Shown here: positions 12,607 through 25,537 of the stretch, in pieces | Layout: the number at the start of each line of letters is the position of its first letter | Position numbering within the stretch: position 1 is the stretch's first letter | Translations under genes and position numbers: made by a program | Notes under the pieces: generated by a model | Told to the model about the DNA's origin: nothing | The model's input: only the letters and a program-made list of their open reading frames with translations | The model's database searches: none | From: Lophium mytilinum | Lineage: Eukaryota | DNA length: 64,000 nucleotides | Assembly: GCA_010093605.1 (NCBI GenBank) | Contig: MU004182.1 | Location: 383,502-447,501 of the forward strand | Direction: 5' to 3'

Positions 12607-13746
12607 ATGAAGGCGGTGGTCATCAGCAAGTTCAGTTCAGTATGCTTCCCGATCTGTAAATATCTTACCTTCGTGGTTGAGATTATTCATGATTTGGTAG
12701 AATCTCCAAGACGTTGCGCCCGTCGATGCACCAACCCCGAAACCCAATGGACCACGAGACATCCAAGTCAAGATAACCCATGCAGCTCTCACTCACGTCG
12801 ATCTGTTATACGCCCAAGGCCTGCATCAGAACAATCGTCGTCATGTAGTTCCACCTTTCATACTTGGGACTGAGTTTGCCGGCATCGTTATTTCAGCACC
12901 TTCTTCCTCTTCCTTGACGCCGGGAACGCGTGTCTTTGGGTCCGCACTTGGTTCTTTTGCGGAAGTGATTTGTGCCAACGAGGGGAGCGTGCGTAAAGTG
13001 CCCGATAATTGGACCAACGAAGAAGCTTGTGCGGTTGGAGCGAGCGGTGTGGTCAGCTGGGCGAGTTTGGTGCCTACCGCGAAGTTACACAACGGAGAAA
13101 CCGTTCTTATTCTAGGTGCTTCTGGAGGACTAGGCATAATAGCAGTCCAAGTTGCTAAGGCAATAGGGGCAAAGGTTATCGCGGTTGTTGGAGATGATGA
13201 GAAGAGTAGATTGGTGCGAGCGTATGGAGCTGACGAGGCTGTAAGATACGATGTTCCTGGCTGGGAGGATGAAGTGAAGGCGTTGACAGAGGGAGGCGAG
13301 GGCGTTGACGTAGTCTACGACGCTGTGGGAGCTGTCCAAAGCAGTATCAAATGCCTGAAGTATCGAGGGCGCGTTGTCATTGTAGGCTTCGCCGGCAGAG
13401 GTGGAAACGTTGAAGAAATCAAAGTAAACAGGGTGCTTCTAAAGTCTGCGACAGTCTTGGGATATGTAAGTATCGCTCTCTCTTGGGTTTTCGACCTGGT
13501 CCTAACATTGCGCAGAGGTTTGGAGAACACGGACGCCGTTTTCCGGACGAGACAGAAGCTATATGGGATGATTTCATGAAGTTTGTGGCTAATGGCAGTA
13601 TCAAGCCTGTTGTATTCAAAGAGAGATACAACGGACTGAGCAGTATACCGCGAGCGCTGGAGGACTTGAAGGGCAGAAAGACATGGGGAAGGGCTGTGCT
13701 TACGATCAATGCACAAGCTGAAAAGGAGCAGAAAGCTAAACTGTAG
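12607..13746 (+). CDS. Zeta-crystallin-like NADPH:quinone oxidoreductase (MDR family), probably peroxisomal
   Basis: PPFILGTEFAG, VLILGASGGLG, GVDVVYDAVG, GRVVIVGFAG; two introns (about 12640-12700 and 13466-13516); C-terminus ...KAKL* (PTS1-type). Confidence 0.85.
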
Positions 13747-14229
13747 GTAGCTATCGTGCCCTTGTGTACTAATTTCGAAATCACAACAAGAACCTTAGGC
13801 ACCTTTGCGGCTCTCGTCCACCTCGTGAAACTAGAATGCGTGATGGACCCGGATCCAGGACTGTATGCATGCTGATGAAAGATGCTATCAAACGATAAAG
13901 AAATCGAGGAATCGTGGCGCAGGAGGTGAGCCTTCGTGGCGCTGAGACGCCAAGAGATGTGGCGGAATTACGGCGCAACCGCGTCTCCATGGCTCCGTCC
14001 TTCGTGAATGGCCATCAATAGCTCACCTTGCCAACATCTTCTATCAGCGACCACACCTCTCCCACCGCCTTCACCTTTCTGCTAGCGACTGGGTGCTTTG
14101 AGCTCACCTAGTCTCCCGCTGCAAGGTTGGAGGTTCGCGCCTTTGAACACCAAGTCTTCCGACTCCTTCTTTGTTCTTGATCAACCCGCACCACGAGAAC
14201 CTTCCCATCGCCTCACCACAACCGCAAGC

Positions 14230-17200
14230 ATGTCCGCACATGATATCCATAGCGGCTCGGAGTCCGAAGATGACTTCAATCCACAGCCTGAGATAGACGA
14301 TGAAGATATCGGCGACAGGCAAACAGCAAGACCCCGAGCGAAGGAGGTTGTTGAGGACGATGACGACGAAGACACAGAGCAGGCAGCAGCGCCCCGCAAC
14401 AGTGGAGCGACTGAAGGTGCAGGCGATGATGATGACGAGGGTGAAGATGAGGCAGACGACGACGACGAGGAGGATGAAGAGGAAGAAGAGGAGGACGAAG
14501 TTGTGGTGAGCATGCATTCAGCCCCAAAGTTTTCTCCCAATCTAAATATTTCCTAGGGCCGATCCCGTAAGCGCAGAAAGAGGGATGCTCGCATGCAGTT
14601 CATCGATGTCGAGGCCGAGGTCGACGAGGACGAAGAGGAGGAGGAGGAAGAAGACGATGTACCCGATGAAATCCACCCCGATGACCTCTTGGAAGCAGCG
14701 GGCCCCGACCTTGACGACCGGCGACATCGAGAACTCGATAGGAAGCGCGAAGCCGAAGCCGACCTGGATGCGGAGCAAGTCGCAGCACAATTCGACCAGA
14801 AGTACAGGCGTCGGGAAATAGCCCGCGGGCAAAAGGCCGCTGGTCCCACCCCTCTGGATCTCCCTACCGTCGACGACCCTTCGATATGGGGTGTGAAGTG
14901 CAAACCTGGGAAAGAGAAGGACATCATCTTCGCTATCATGAAGCGAATGGAGCAACGGCAGGGCACACAGCATCCTTTGCGCATATTCTCGGCCTTTGAG
15001 CGAGGCGGGGCCATGGCTGGATACATCTATGTTGAAGCCAATGGAAAGCAGGACATGTTAGATGCTATGGCTGACATCCCTAATGTCTACACTGGCAGTG
15101 GACCCATTGCAATTGAGGTCAAAGAGCGGCCCGACCTTCTGCGGAAGCGGAAGAAGGACCCTCTCAATCCGAATGACTGGGTTCGAATGAAGAGACCACC
15201 TCTTTATGCTGGAGACTTGGCTCAAATATACGAGGTCAATTCCAACGGACTGGACTGCGTTGTCAAGCTTGTTCCTCGTCTGGACTACGGGTTGCACGAA
15301 GACATCAATGCTGCGCCCGATGCAAACAAGCGAAAGCGAGGAGCTGCGGCGGCTGGGCCACGACCGCCGCCGAGACTCTTCAATGAAGCAGACGCCAAGA
15401 AGAAGCACATGAAATTCCTCTCACAGATTGGCAGCGCTGGAACGAAATCTTTCCAGTACAAGAACGAAGACTACACGAACGGTCTGCTCATCAAAGAGGT
15501 CAAGATCAGTCATTTCACCAAGAAGGACGTCAACCCTACTATGGCTGAGATGCAGCTGTTTGCCAGACTGGGTGAAGATGGAAACCAAGAGATTGACCTG
15601 ATTGCTGTGCAGGCCGCTCAGAGGGCCACTACTACCGGATCGTCCTTCGTCCCTGGTGACAACGTTGAAATCTTTGAGGGAGAGCAAAAGGGAGTCAATG
15701 GCACAACCGTGTCGGTAACCGGCGACATAGTCACGTTGAAGGTCACATCGGGTGAACTCAAGGGCCAGAGCATCGAAGCCCCCGTCAAAACTCTTCGCAA
15801 GCTGTTCAGAGAAGGTGACCATGTCAAGGTCATCGGTGGCAGCAAGTACATCGATGAGGTCGGCTTAGTCACTAAGATCAGGGACGACAAAGTCACTCTG
15901 CTCTCGGACTCAACACAGCAGGAAATCACAGTTTTCAGCAAGGACCTAAAGAGAGCAGCCGATTCGGCACAGCTAGGTAACGACTCTGATTTCCAACTGA
16001 GTGATCTAGTACAGCTCGAGTAAGTATCAGCTCAACACTTCTATCGTGATGATGAATGCTAATATGGATTCAGCGCCGCGACTGTTGGATATGTGATTAA
16101 AGTTGACCGCGAAATTGTCCGTGTTCTGGATCAGAACGGATCTGTTCGGAATCTGTTGAACTCTCAGATCTCTTCCGTGATTCCATACAACCGAAACGCA
16201 GTGGCAACCGACAAGGACGGCTCCGAAATTCGACAAGAGGACATGGTGAAGGAGATTGGTGGCGAAGACCGGGTCGGCAAGGTGGTCCTTATTCACCGCG
16301 GCTATCTTTATATCAACAATCCGACGGTATCAGAGAACAACAGCATCTTCGTCGTAAAGAGTGGCAACGTCACCACGATGGCAGCAAAGAGCGGTCGTAC
16401 CCAAGCCGCTGGCCCTGACCTATCGAAGATGAATCCAACCATGATGCAGGGTGCTAATGGAGCTGCTATGGCGCCGCCTAGGACCATTGGTAGAGACAAG
16501 ATGATTGGTAAAACCGTTACCGTCCGCAAAGGAAATTACAAGGGTCTACTGGGAATAGTCAGAGACTCAAACGGCTCGGAAGCCCGTATTGAGCTCCACA
16601 CGAAGAACAAGGTTATCAGTCTCCCCAAGGACCTCCTAATCATCAAAGATCCAATCACTGGTAACACCATCGACTTTAACGGCAAGCTCGCTAATCGCTC
16701 GCGTGGGATGCCAACGTCATATGGATCAGGGACTCCAAGTACTCGGACCTATGGCGCAGGAGGTCAGACACCATCATGGGGTGGGGGTGGTCAATCTTCC
16801 CGTGGCCCTTCTTGGGGCACACCCCATGGCGGTGGCGGAGGTGGGCGTACCCCGGCTTGGAACAATTCAAATCGCACACCAGCGTGGAACGGTGCAGGCA
16901 ACGATGGTTCTCGCACATCCTATGGTGGGAATGACGGCTCTCGGACAGCCTATGGAGGCAACGATGGCTCCAGGACGGCATATGGCGGTGCTACAGCCTA
17001 TGGGGGCAACGACGGCAATCGAACAGCATACGGAGGCGCCAACAGCGGTGGCAGGACTCCGGGTGGCCCTACATGGGGTGCTGCTCCTTCGGGCTCTAAG
17101 ACCCCTTCCCATGCTTCCAACGGCGCGAACTCGTACAGCTCGAACACTTATGCCCCGACACCCGGCGCTTACCAGCAAGCGCCAACCCCTGCCGCCTACA

Positions 17201-17457
17201 ATTCCTACGTCGGCGCTCCAACCCCTGGTGGTGGGCCTATGGACGCCCCTACTCCTGGCTTCTCGGCACCGACGCCTGGTGACACCGCACACCACCCTAC
17301 CCCGAGGGGCTATGGCGGATACGGAGGTGGTTACGGGGCGACGCCTGCCGCCGCTCCGACGCCTGGAGCGCCGACTCCTGGAGCGTGGCAACCGGAAACG
17401 CCTTGGAATAACCCAGAGACGCCGGCGGCTGGCGATGATGAACCACGGTACGAGTAA
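14230..17457 (+). CDS. SPT5: Transcription elongation factor Spt5
   Basis: Acidic N-terminus, FIDVEAEVD, NGN domain (DPSIWGVKCKPGKEK, GYIYVEA), several KOW motifs, C-terminal RTPAW/APTPG repeats; introns about 14506-14556 and 16020-16073. Confidence 0.96.
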
Positions 17458-18075
17458 ATCATGCTGCAAAAGGCCCAGCGGGAGGGGATGAGATGTTCTG
17501 GTTTAGGGAAGAATCACTATGGCGGGAGGGCATTGCAAGGCGTTGGGACCTGAAAATTCGGGCCTTTTGTATCATTCATTCAACCTCAGCTTTTCAGTCT
17601 ATCCCTAGTCACAATATGCACCATCTTGTTGTGTGCTTTGATTAGATTCTACCTCATCGAGTCAAGCGTATCACTAAGACCATTGCAAACTTTACTGAAC
17701 TTGGTCGTGCAAGCCACACACATAAACTTTACTGTCTTGAGTTTTGTCTTCGGGGTCTCTGCTGGATAGAGCAGAGGGACAGAGTTATGACTCCTCCACT
17801 AAAAATCCCCTGCTTGAACCAGGGGTTCTCGTAGGGTTTCGGCCCGAGTTTTTGCTTGCTGATGGTTCGCGTCGCAGGGTCACTCGTGGATGACCCGTGT
17901 GGACGAATGATCGAATGTCTTTGTTGAAGACTCTGGAGGCGTGATGTCTATACGTAGTCAATTTCCAAGGCACCTCGCAAGCAATCATCTACCATCGATA
18001 TCTTTACATTGCGGTTCAAAGCCTAGCTTCAACATAAAAGGTCGACTTTCTTACCAACTAAAAGTATCATTGTAG

Positions 18076-20062
18076 TCACTCATCCTCATCTCCCTCGTCT
18101 CGAGGCATTTGCATTCCCATCAAACCTAACATATTTCCAACCGGCCCCGACATTCCTCCTTGTCCCTTCAGACTCTCCAAAAGGTTCTTCGCAAGATTGT
18201 AGTCAATGTCAACCTCATCTTCAGAAAGATTATCAGCATCTTCTTCGGATGCAATGGCTTTCTCTTTCCCTTTTTTGCTTCCGCTGCCCCCCTTTGCAGT
18301 TATCTCGCGGGGCGTAGAATCCAAACTCAGAGCACCAGCTCCCTTGAGCTCGGCCTCCATTCTCTGCATAACATCTCGGATCTCATCTCCTTCAATCATA
18401 TCCTCTTCCTCTTCTTCCGAGTCAACTTCTTGGACTCTCGCAAGCGCTCGCGCCTCCTCGACTAATGTGGCTTTGTCGGCAGTTGATGGCATTCCCATCA
18501 TCTCTCGTATCAGGCGGCCAAATTCAGCTTCATCGAATTCCACCTCCTTCTCTTCATCACTGCCATTACTCTCATCCTCATCTGTATCATCGTCGTTATC
18601 GTAATCCATATCGTCCAGTTCCTCGGCGCCCTCAACGCCAGCTTCGTCGTCGTTGAGAAAGGATTCGAATCTTTCGACCATCTTTCGCAAATTCTCTTGA
18701 GCTGCCTGGTCGCCAAATCCCGTGTTTGCCCCATCTTTCGCTCCCATGCCCGTAGGCTGTTCCGCTGCTTTCGCGCCCTTCCCAGCCAGCTCCCTCTCAA
18801 AGTCTTCGAAATTGATATCGAGCCATTTCTCATCGTCTTCTCTGATGCCCCAGTCTTTGATTTCGGAATCATTTGGCAGCTGCTCCTCTCCGCTTTCGAT
18901 GTCTTCTACTAGTAGCTGTATCTCGCGAACAGCTTTCTTGTCTTTATTCTGCTTATCCTGAACCAACATTTCGAACCCTGCGGCGAGTTTGAGACCAATC
19001 TCAGCCTTTTCCAGATCACGGCTGTTGGGAGTCTTCGACATGAAGGAGGCGAGAGCATCGCCCCATAGACCTGGTGGCACCCACTCCTGACTTCGGAGTT
19101 GCGCAAAGAGTGTTCTAGTAAAGCGCGTACTTACTTGAACAAAGTCTTCGGGAGGAAACATGAACTCGGAAATCTCTTTACGTTGCAGCGAGCGAAGAGA
19201 TATGGGGTCGCGGAGGTAGAAAGCTTCAACGGCTGGTGCAATGTGGGAGGGACTAGCGTGGAGTATTGCTGCCACTTTTCTTGGGATTGGAATAGTGGCG
19301 TGGTGCTGATTGTCAGATATAGCAGACGGATACGACGACAGCCGGTCGAATGCCTCTAATTCGACTTTGACGAGGTTTTGAAGTAGTCTCGGAGTAGAAG
19401 AAATCGTCTGGAGCGATTCTTTGAGCGTTAACGGCGCTGGGTTGGATGGCGAGCTTAGTGGTATGATCAAAAGTTTCGAATTATTGATCCAGACCTGTTT
19501 AAAATTAGCATTTCCCAGTTGTTATGGCTCGTGAATCTTTCTTACCCTATTCTCAGCAACTTCAGGGTTTAGCCACTTAGGAAGCGCGTTGGCGGCCTGG
19601 ATGAGTAGGAACTCGCCATCTGTGTCGTACAGTCGTATCCAGGCATCAGAGAACTGTTTGCTGAGTTCTCGGAGAAGAAATACGATGAGCCACTCGTCAG
19701 CTACAGAATCGCCGTAGTTTGTACGTCCGCGGAGCAGCCATGAGCCTGGATGTAGATTAGAAATGGGTGTTCCTTCATTAGATGAAATCCGAAGAGGGAA
19801 ATTCCAACTGACTATCCTCATGAACGAGAGTAAGCTTGAAGCTTTCCCGCTGCCATATGTATTCTTTGAGCAGCTTTTTCTCTAGGTCGGTTGCCACTCG
19901 CTGAATTTTTTGCAAGCGCTCGCGCTTTTGGATGTCTGACAGTTTGGCATCGATCACGAAGATGATGTATTCGACACAGTCCTCTGGAAGGTGTTTTGGG
20001 AAACCGTCAAAGCCTTCGCCAAACCACTTGAAGTCATCTTTTGGGACTTTGCTGTGAGCCAT
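18076..20062 (-). CDS. Ecdysoneless/SGT1 (Ecd) family protein
   Basis: YIWQRESFKL, LRGRTNYGDSVADEWLIVFLL, DTDGEFLLIQAANALPKWL, EDDEKWLDI, NLAKNLLESLKGQGGMSGPVGNML; two introns. Confidence 0.88.
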
Positions 20063-20421
20063 GACTCAAGTGAAGAAATGAGAGAGGTTAAGGTGAAAGC
20101 CAAACGAAGGCAAAGGGCTTAAAAATATACCACTCTGTTGGCGACTCTCGTTCTCCGCAGCTTTCTCACGTTAAGCCGGTGCAATGATGGAAATTGATGA
20201 AATGGTGAATGTCGAAGGCACGTGCGAGGGCGTTAGAGACTTAGCGTTTTGAGAGAGCCGCTAGCCGCTGAGGGACTAGCGTATTCATTCGCTTGTTTAC
20301 ATCTATTTCGCGGCTTTGACAACACCTCACTAAATCAACACTGCGCCGCGCAATCGCTCCACCACCACCCATTCTTTTTCCCATGAAACCTACCTAGGAA
20401 CATCAAATACCGGGAGCGATC

Positions 20422-23400
20422 ATGGCCGGACTGTACGTCTCTTCCCCGCCCACCGGGGCTGGCGACGCGACGCGAATCACGCAGATTGGCGATGCCGAGT
20501 TCACCCAACTCCCCTCCTTCGCCTCGCCTTCGAAGGGACAGAACGACTTGATTGCGCAAATACGAGGGGCCCGGCCACAGGGCTCACGAACACCATCTGC
20601 GCGGAACCCTTTAGGTCAGCTTCGACAGCCGCCGGGGAAAGTCGAGTTCACGCCGCTGCTGAAGAGCGCAACCCACAACCGAATGCAAGCCAATGCAAAT
20701 GGATATGGCGTAGGGCAACCAGACTTCAGGGCCGATGGAAAGCCGCGTACCCCAGCCGCGATGAAGCCCGGCTTCAAGTTCAACGGCAGTCCCTTACCAG
20801 AGCCCAGCGTTTACGACGCAATGAACTCAAGTTCCATAGGTGAGACTGGCATGAGTGGAACGCCACTTCCACCGGTTGCAAGCTCGAGTGCCATGTCGAC
20901 CCCATTAGCATTACCTAGACGAGACGGAGAGGGTGCTTTGGATGGAGGCAATATGATGACCCTGCGAGAGCAGGAAGCTGTACGTATTCGTTACCTCAAT
21001 TTGGTGCCTCACATTCTAACACGTCACTACAGCGTATCGAATCCATTGACAAGGAGAACTTCGGCCTGAAACTCAAGATTCACTTCCTCGAAGAAAACCT
21101 CAAGCGAGCCGGGCCCGAATTCAATCAGAATGCCTTCAGGGAGAACACGGAACTCAAGATGGACAAGGTCACCATCCAGCGAGACCTACAGAAGTATCAG
21201 AAGATGCTCAAGCGCGCCGAGAATGAAATGGAGGAGTACAAGAAGCAGTTCCAAGACTATGTGGAAAAGGTCAAGCGTCGACACAAAGATGAAGGCATGC
21301 AAGAAGAAATGGAAGAGCTGCGGAAGCTTGCAGATGAGCGAGCTGCCGATTTAGAGGAGCGAGAAGCCGAACTGGAGAATCTCAAGCGCGAGGCTGCCAA
21401 TATGAATGATAACGACGAGGAGCTGGAGGAGCTTCGAGGGGATCTGGATGACATGGAGGCGGAAATCAAGGAAAAAGACCGACTTCTGGATGAGAAGAAG
21501 GACGAGCTCGAGGCACTCCAGGCTAAGCTTCAGGCAGGAGAGAACAATCAAGACGGGGAGCTCGAAGAAAAGGAGCGCTTGATCGACGAGCAAGCAGATC
21601 AGATCGAAGACCTCCAGGAACAGCTACAGCAACTGGCGCGGGAGAAGGATGCGGAGCTTGATGCCCTGCAAGAGAACCTAGATTCCATGGATGCGCGCAG
21701 AGAGCAGGAGCTACGAGAGCTTGAGAAGAGGCTGGAGGCTGCTGAAGAGTCTGAACGACAGCAGGTTGAATCTTTACGGGAAAATGAACGACAGCATGTT
21801 GAAGCCGCACGAGAGAAAGAGATGGAAATCAAAGCCCTCCAGCGACAAGTGCAGGCCGCCGAGCGCGCAAAGCAAGGCGAGATTGATGCTTTGACGGACA
21901 GATTACGCCTAGCAGAGTCACAAGGTGATAACCAGGTCCAGCTTGCTCAACAAGCCGCCCAGGACGCACGCCAACAAGTTCTCCACGTGACACGTGAAAA
22001 AGATACTGAGATGGAACTCCTGCGGTCTCGGCTTGATGCGGCAGAAGCCAAAGAAGACGAGCTCGACGATTGCCGCCGGCAGCTACGTCAGACACAAGAA
22101 GATCTCAAGCGCCTACGGTCACAGGAATCACTACGAGAAGAAGACGTTCAACAGCTTCGTAATAGCCTTGCTACAAAGGAACAAGACCTTGAGAGGATCA
22201 AGCGGGAACGCGATACAGCTATGCAAAACGTCTCTTCCAAGGAAACCCAGATTGAAGCCTTGCAAAAGACGACGCGTGAGCGTGATAATGCTCTACGGGA
22301 AATCCTCGCTCTCCGTAGTACTCTCAAAGAGCGCGAACGCGAGCTTGAGACCACGCAAAAGACAATGTCAGCATTGGAGACAGCTCAGCAAACAAGTATG
22401 GACAGCCTGAAGACGCTTCAATCGACCCTGAATGAGCGAGCACGCGACCTGGAGACCGCACGGAAGACTATCGAAGAACGGAACGCTGAGCTAGAGGCTC
22501 TTCGGGAATACGCCGACGAGCCTGACACTCAACTCGAAGCTGTACAGAACATTGTGCGCGAGCGTGACCACGACTTGGAGTCCCTCCGTGACCAAGTCAA
22601 CTCCCAAAGAGGCCAACTTGATGACCTCCAGCGGACAGCCGAAGAACGACTAGCTGCCATGGAGAACTTGAGGACTGAGCTGTCCAACACGAAGCAAGAT
22701 CACGAAGATGAGATCCTAGTGTTGGAAGAGAGCATTGAAGAGGCGGATGAGGAGAAGCGGGGCCTTGAAGCTAAGATTGATGTCCTTGAGAAGGAGATTC
22801 GGGGCTCCTATGATCTTCAAGCCAAAATCGAACCACTTGAGAAGGATCTACGGACCGCACAACGGGAAAAGACGAAGCTACAGTCACGAATCGAGAGCTT
22901 AGAAAAGGACCTCAACGTCGCGGATCAAGATCGCGAGGCCCTTACAACTCGTATGGAGAAGCTCAACAAGGACATCCAATCCGCGCGGCAAGCTGCCAGC
23001 GCCAGCTCTGATGTTACCATTGCACAGGAACGCAAGGACCTTCATAATCTCCTTAAAGCTGCAAAGCTCGAGGCCGAGGAGCTCCAAATCGCTGTTGAGG
23101 ACAAAGAACAGAAGCTTGCTGATGCACAGAAGCGATTACGCCAGGAGGTGCGAGACCGAGACACCAAGCTGCGAGCTGCGGAAACCGAAGTCCAGAATTT
23201 GCAACTTCAGCTGTCAGAAAAGGATGGCGAACTCTCGGCTTATGCGTCGAAACTGAGGCAAGGATCTACGAGCAAGGAGTCACCGAAGAGGCAACCAAGG
23301 GAGCTTCGCGATCTCCAGAATCGTCTCCAGACGGCCGAACTGGAAGTTGAGGATCTCCGGCTCCAGATCTCGGACCGAGACGAACGTCTAGCAGCTCTCA

Positions 23401-23979
23401 AGACCGAGTCGAAGAACTTGGTTCGTGAGAAGGAAAAGAAGATTCGTGCGGCTGAGCTCGGCCTCGCATCCGCGCAGAAACAACTCCGGGCTGCGGCGGA
23501 CAACAACACTGTCGACCTTATGGAACTCAAGGAAGACATCACGGGCAAAGATAAGAGACATGCCGGCGAGCTTCGAGGCTTGGCAAAGCAAATTCAGTAC
23601 TTGCGTGCTAAGTGTCAACGCGAGGAGGGCTTCAGGGAGGCACTCGGGTTTCAGAAGAAGTTCTTCTTGATGATGATTGAGGTTTATGGTCAATGGTATG
23701 TATTGCTTTTTACACTTGGACTTTACAACACGCTAATATTTCTGTAGTAACAAAGAAGACTTGAAGCTCATCGAAGAAATCGGCATCACTCCTGACATAT
23801 CCATCCGCGAGAAGAGGCACTCTCTGCGCTCCGTGGGCCTAATGGTGATTGCGAGTGTACGAATGCGGAAGATGCAGATGGATTGGGCGGGTAACAAGAA
23901 GCTGCACGCTGCCCTGGCGAGGAAGGTGGAGTCGATGAGGAGGCAGAGCCGAAGAAACGCAAGCGTTGCAGCGAGGTAA
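20422..23979 (+). CDS. Spindle pole body protein, Pcp1/Spc110-like (CM1 + coiled coil + PACT)
   Basis: CM1/Cnn_1N motif MTLREQEA|RIESIDKENFGLKLKIHFLEE across an intron, a long heptad coiled coil, and a PACT-like end (KRHAGELRGLAKQIQYLRAKCQREEGFREALGFQKKFF ... LRSVGLMVIASVRMRK). Confidence 0.85.
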
Positions 23980-24524
23980 GGGGGCCTGTTCTGAACAGTG
24001 TTGTCGAGTGGTTACGCGGCTCTACTTGCATAATGACGAGTTCAAGAATGTGCTTTGGTTAGCTGTTTAGCATTAGGAGTCTTGGGCGGGCTGGAGCATG
24101 ACCCGGCGTTCGGGGAATCAAATGGGAATCAAATCAATTAACGGAGTGACGATCCCGGTCGCATTACTATTTCACGCTTTCCACGAGCCACGGTCGGATG
24201 CTACTTCAATTTTCGCTACGTAAGTGATTGTGAACTCTGCTGCCCTCCTGGATGGAAATACCGCCAACCCGAATGAATCGAAAATATGAGAAAGTGAAGC
24301 GCGCGAAATGATTGGTCGAAGTTGTCCTGCCCGCAGCAGTTCAGCCCTGAAGGCAGACAGCTGAATCAAGGTTCCGAGACAGCTCGCCCCGCCATCTACC
24401 AAGCCGCAAGGACACTTGCACGACAACCTTCAAGATTCCTCATCTTGCACTCCTTACAATTCTGTAGTTTTCATTGTGCGAACTATACTATTCGTCCTAC
24501 ATTCCAGCCGACTCTAGGGCAATC

Positions 24525-25424
24525 ATGGCCCGCTTGTCACGCGATATTCCTAACGCATGGAGGAAACACAACCGCAGGTATCGCTCAAAACGTCCTCGTC
24601 GTAGGGAGCTTTCCAACCCCCCACCAAGCCGTCGATGGAGTATCTCGCTGTTCGGAAGCCGTGCCTCGCGGAAGGACTTTCAGGTCGACCAGACATCCGC
24701 ATTCCTGCTTCGTCTCCCCGTCGAGCTTCGAATCCAGATATACACAGACGTGCTTGGGGGCTCTCTCTTCCACTGCCTCCCGACTCCCCGAGGAGTTCGA
24801 CATCTGCGCTGCTCGGGCATCTTCCGACCTGGGCCCAGATGCTTTCAAAGCCCCCAGGCGACTGACTCGTACTATCACGCAAACCCGCATAATTCTCGCG
24901 TCCTCTTCTCCAAAACGAACCTGGACTTTCTTGCAACGTGCCGGCAAATCTATGTTGAAGGCATTGACTTGCTTTACTCAACCAACACGTTCGACTTTGC
25001 TCACCCGCTGACCTTCCTCTGGTTCGCGCAAACTATCCTACCTCAGCGTTTGGCCTTCATCACGAAGCTGCAGATTTCGTGGTTTACAGGAAACATTTTA
25101 GAGCCTTTGTGCAGACCACGACATAAAAAGTCCGATATATGGGAAGACTCAGACCTGGCAAGCGACTGGGATCCCATGTGGAAAGTTGTCGCGGAAGATA
25201 TGCCGGGGCTGAAAGACTTATGGGTATTGATTCGTCACTATTATGCTCGACCTGATGAGCAGGCTATACAGGAGAGGGTGTTGGCACCGTTGTTGCAGCT
25301 ACGTGGGCTGAAAGCCTTTCGTTTGGTTGTAAATCGCTCGACTGGTTTTGTGGATGAGCCGATTGAGCCATCTCCGCTGGTCAAGAAGATCGAGGCGTTG
25401 GCGATATTGGGTCGAGATGGGTGA
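24525..25424 (+). CDS. Fungal hypothetical protein (DUF7730-like, F-box-like N-terminal motif)
   Basis: SAFLLRLPVELRIQIYTDVLGG, FLATCRQIYVEGIDLLYSTNTFDF and RLAFITKLQISW match this widespread ascomycete family as recalled. Confidence 0.7.
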   Translation: MARLSRDIPNAWRKHNRRYRSKRPRRRELSNPPPSRRWSISLFGSRASRKDFQVDQTSAFLLRLPVELRIQIYTDVLGGSLFHCLPTPRGVRHLRCSGIFRPGPRCFQSPQATDSYYHANPHNSRVLFSKTNLDFLATCRQIYVEGIDLLYSTNTFDFAHPLTFLWFAQTILPQRLAFITKLQISWFTGNILEPLCRPRHKKSDIWEDSDLASDWDPMWKVVAEDMPGLKDLWVLIRHYYARPDEQAIQERVLAPLLQLRGLKAFRLVVNRSTGFVDEPIEPSPLVKKIEALAILGRDG

Positions 25425-25537
25425 TGGGGCTAGGCATCTTTTCAACCATGGTGATGTCGTATGTACTGTGCGAAACGTTCGCACATTGGTTCCGACTTCG
25501 ACTGATTTTTGATCTCGACGTTCCTCTACCTTACAGT

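Noticed and set aside
17859..17908. Hammerhead-like layout CTGATG-stem-GAAT
   Set aside because: The core deviates from CUGANGA/GAAA at two essential positions, and I could not build stems I and III.
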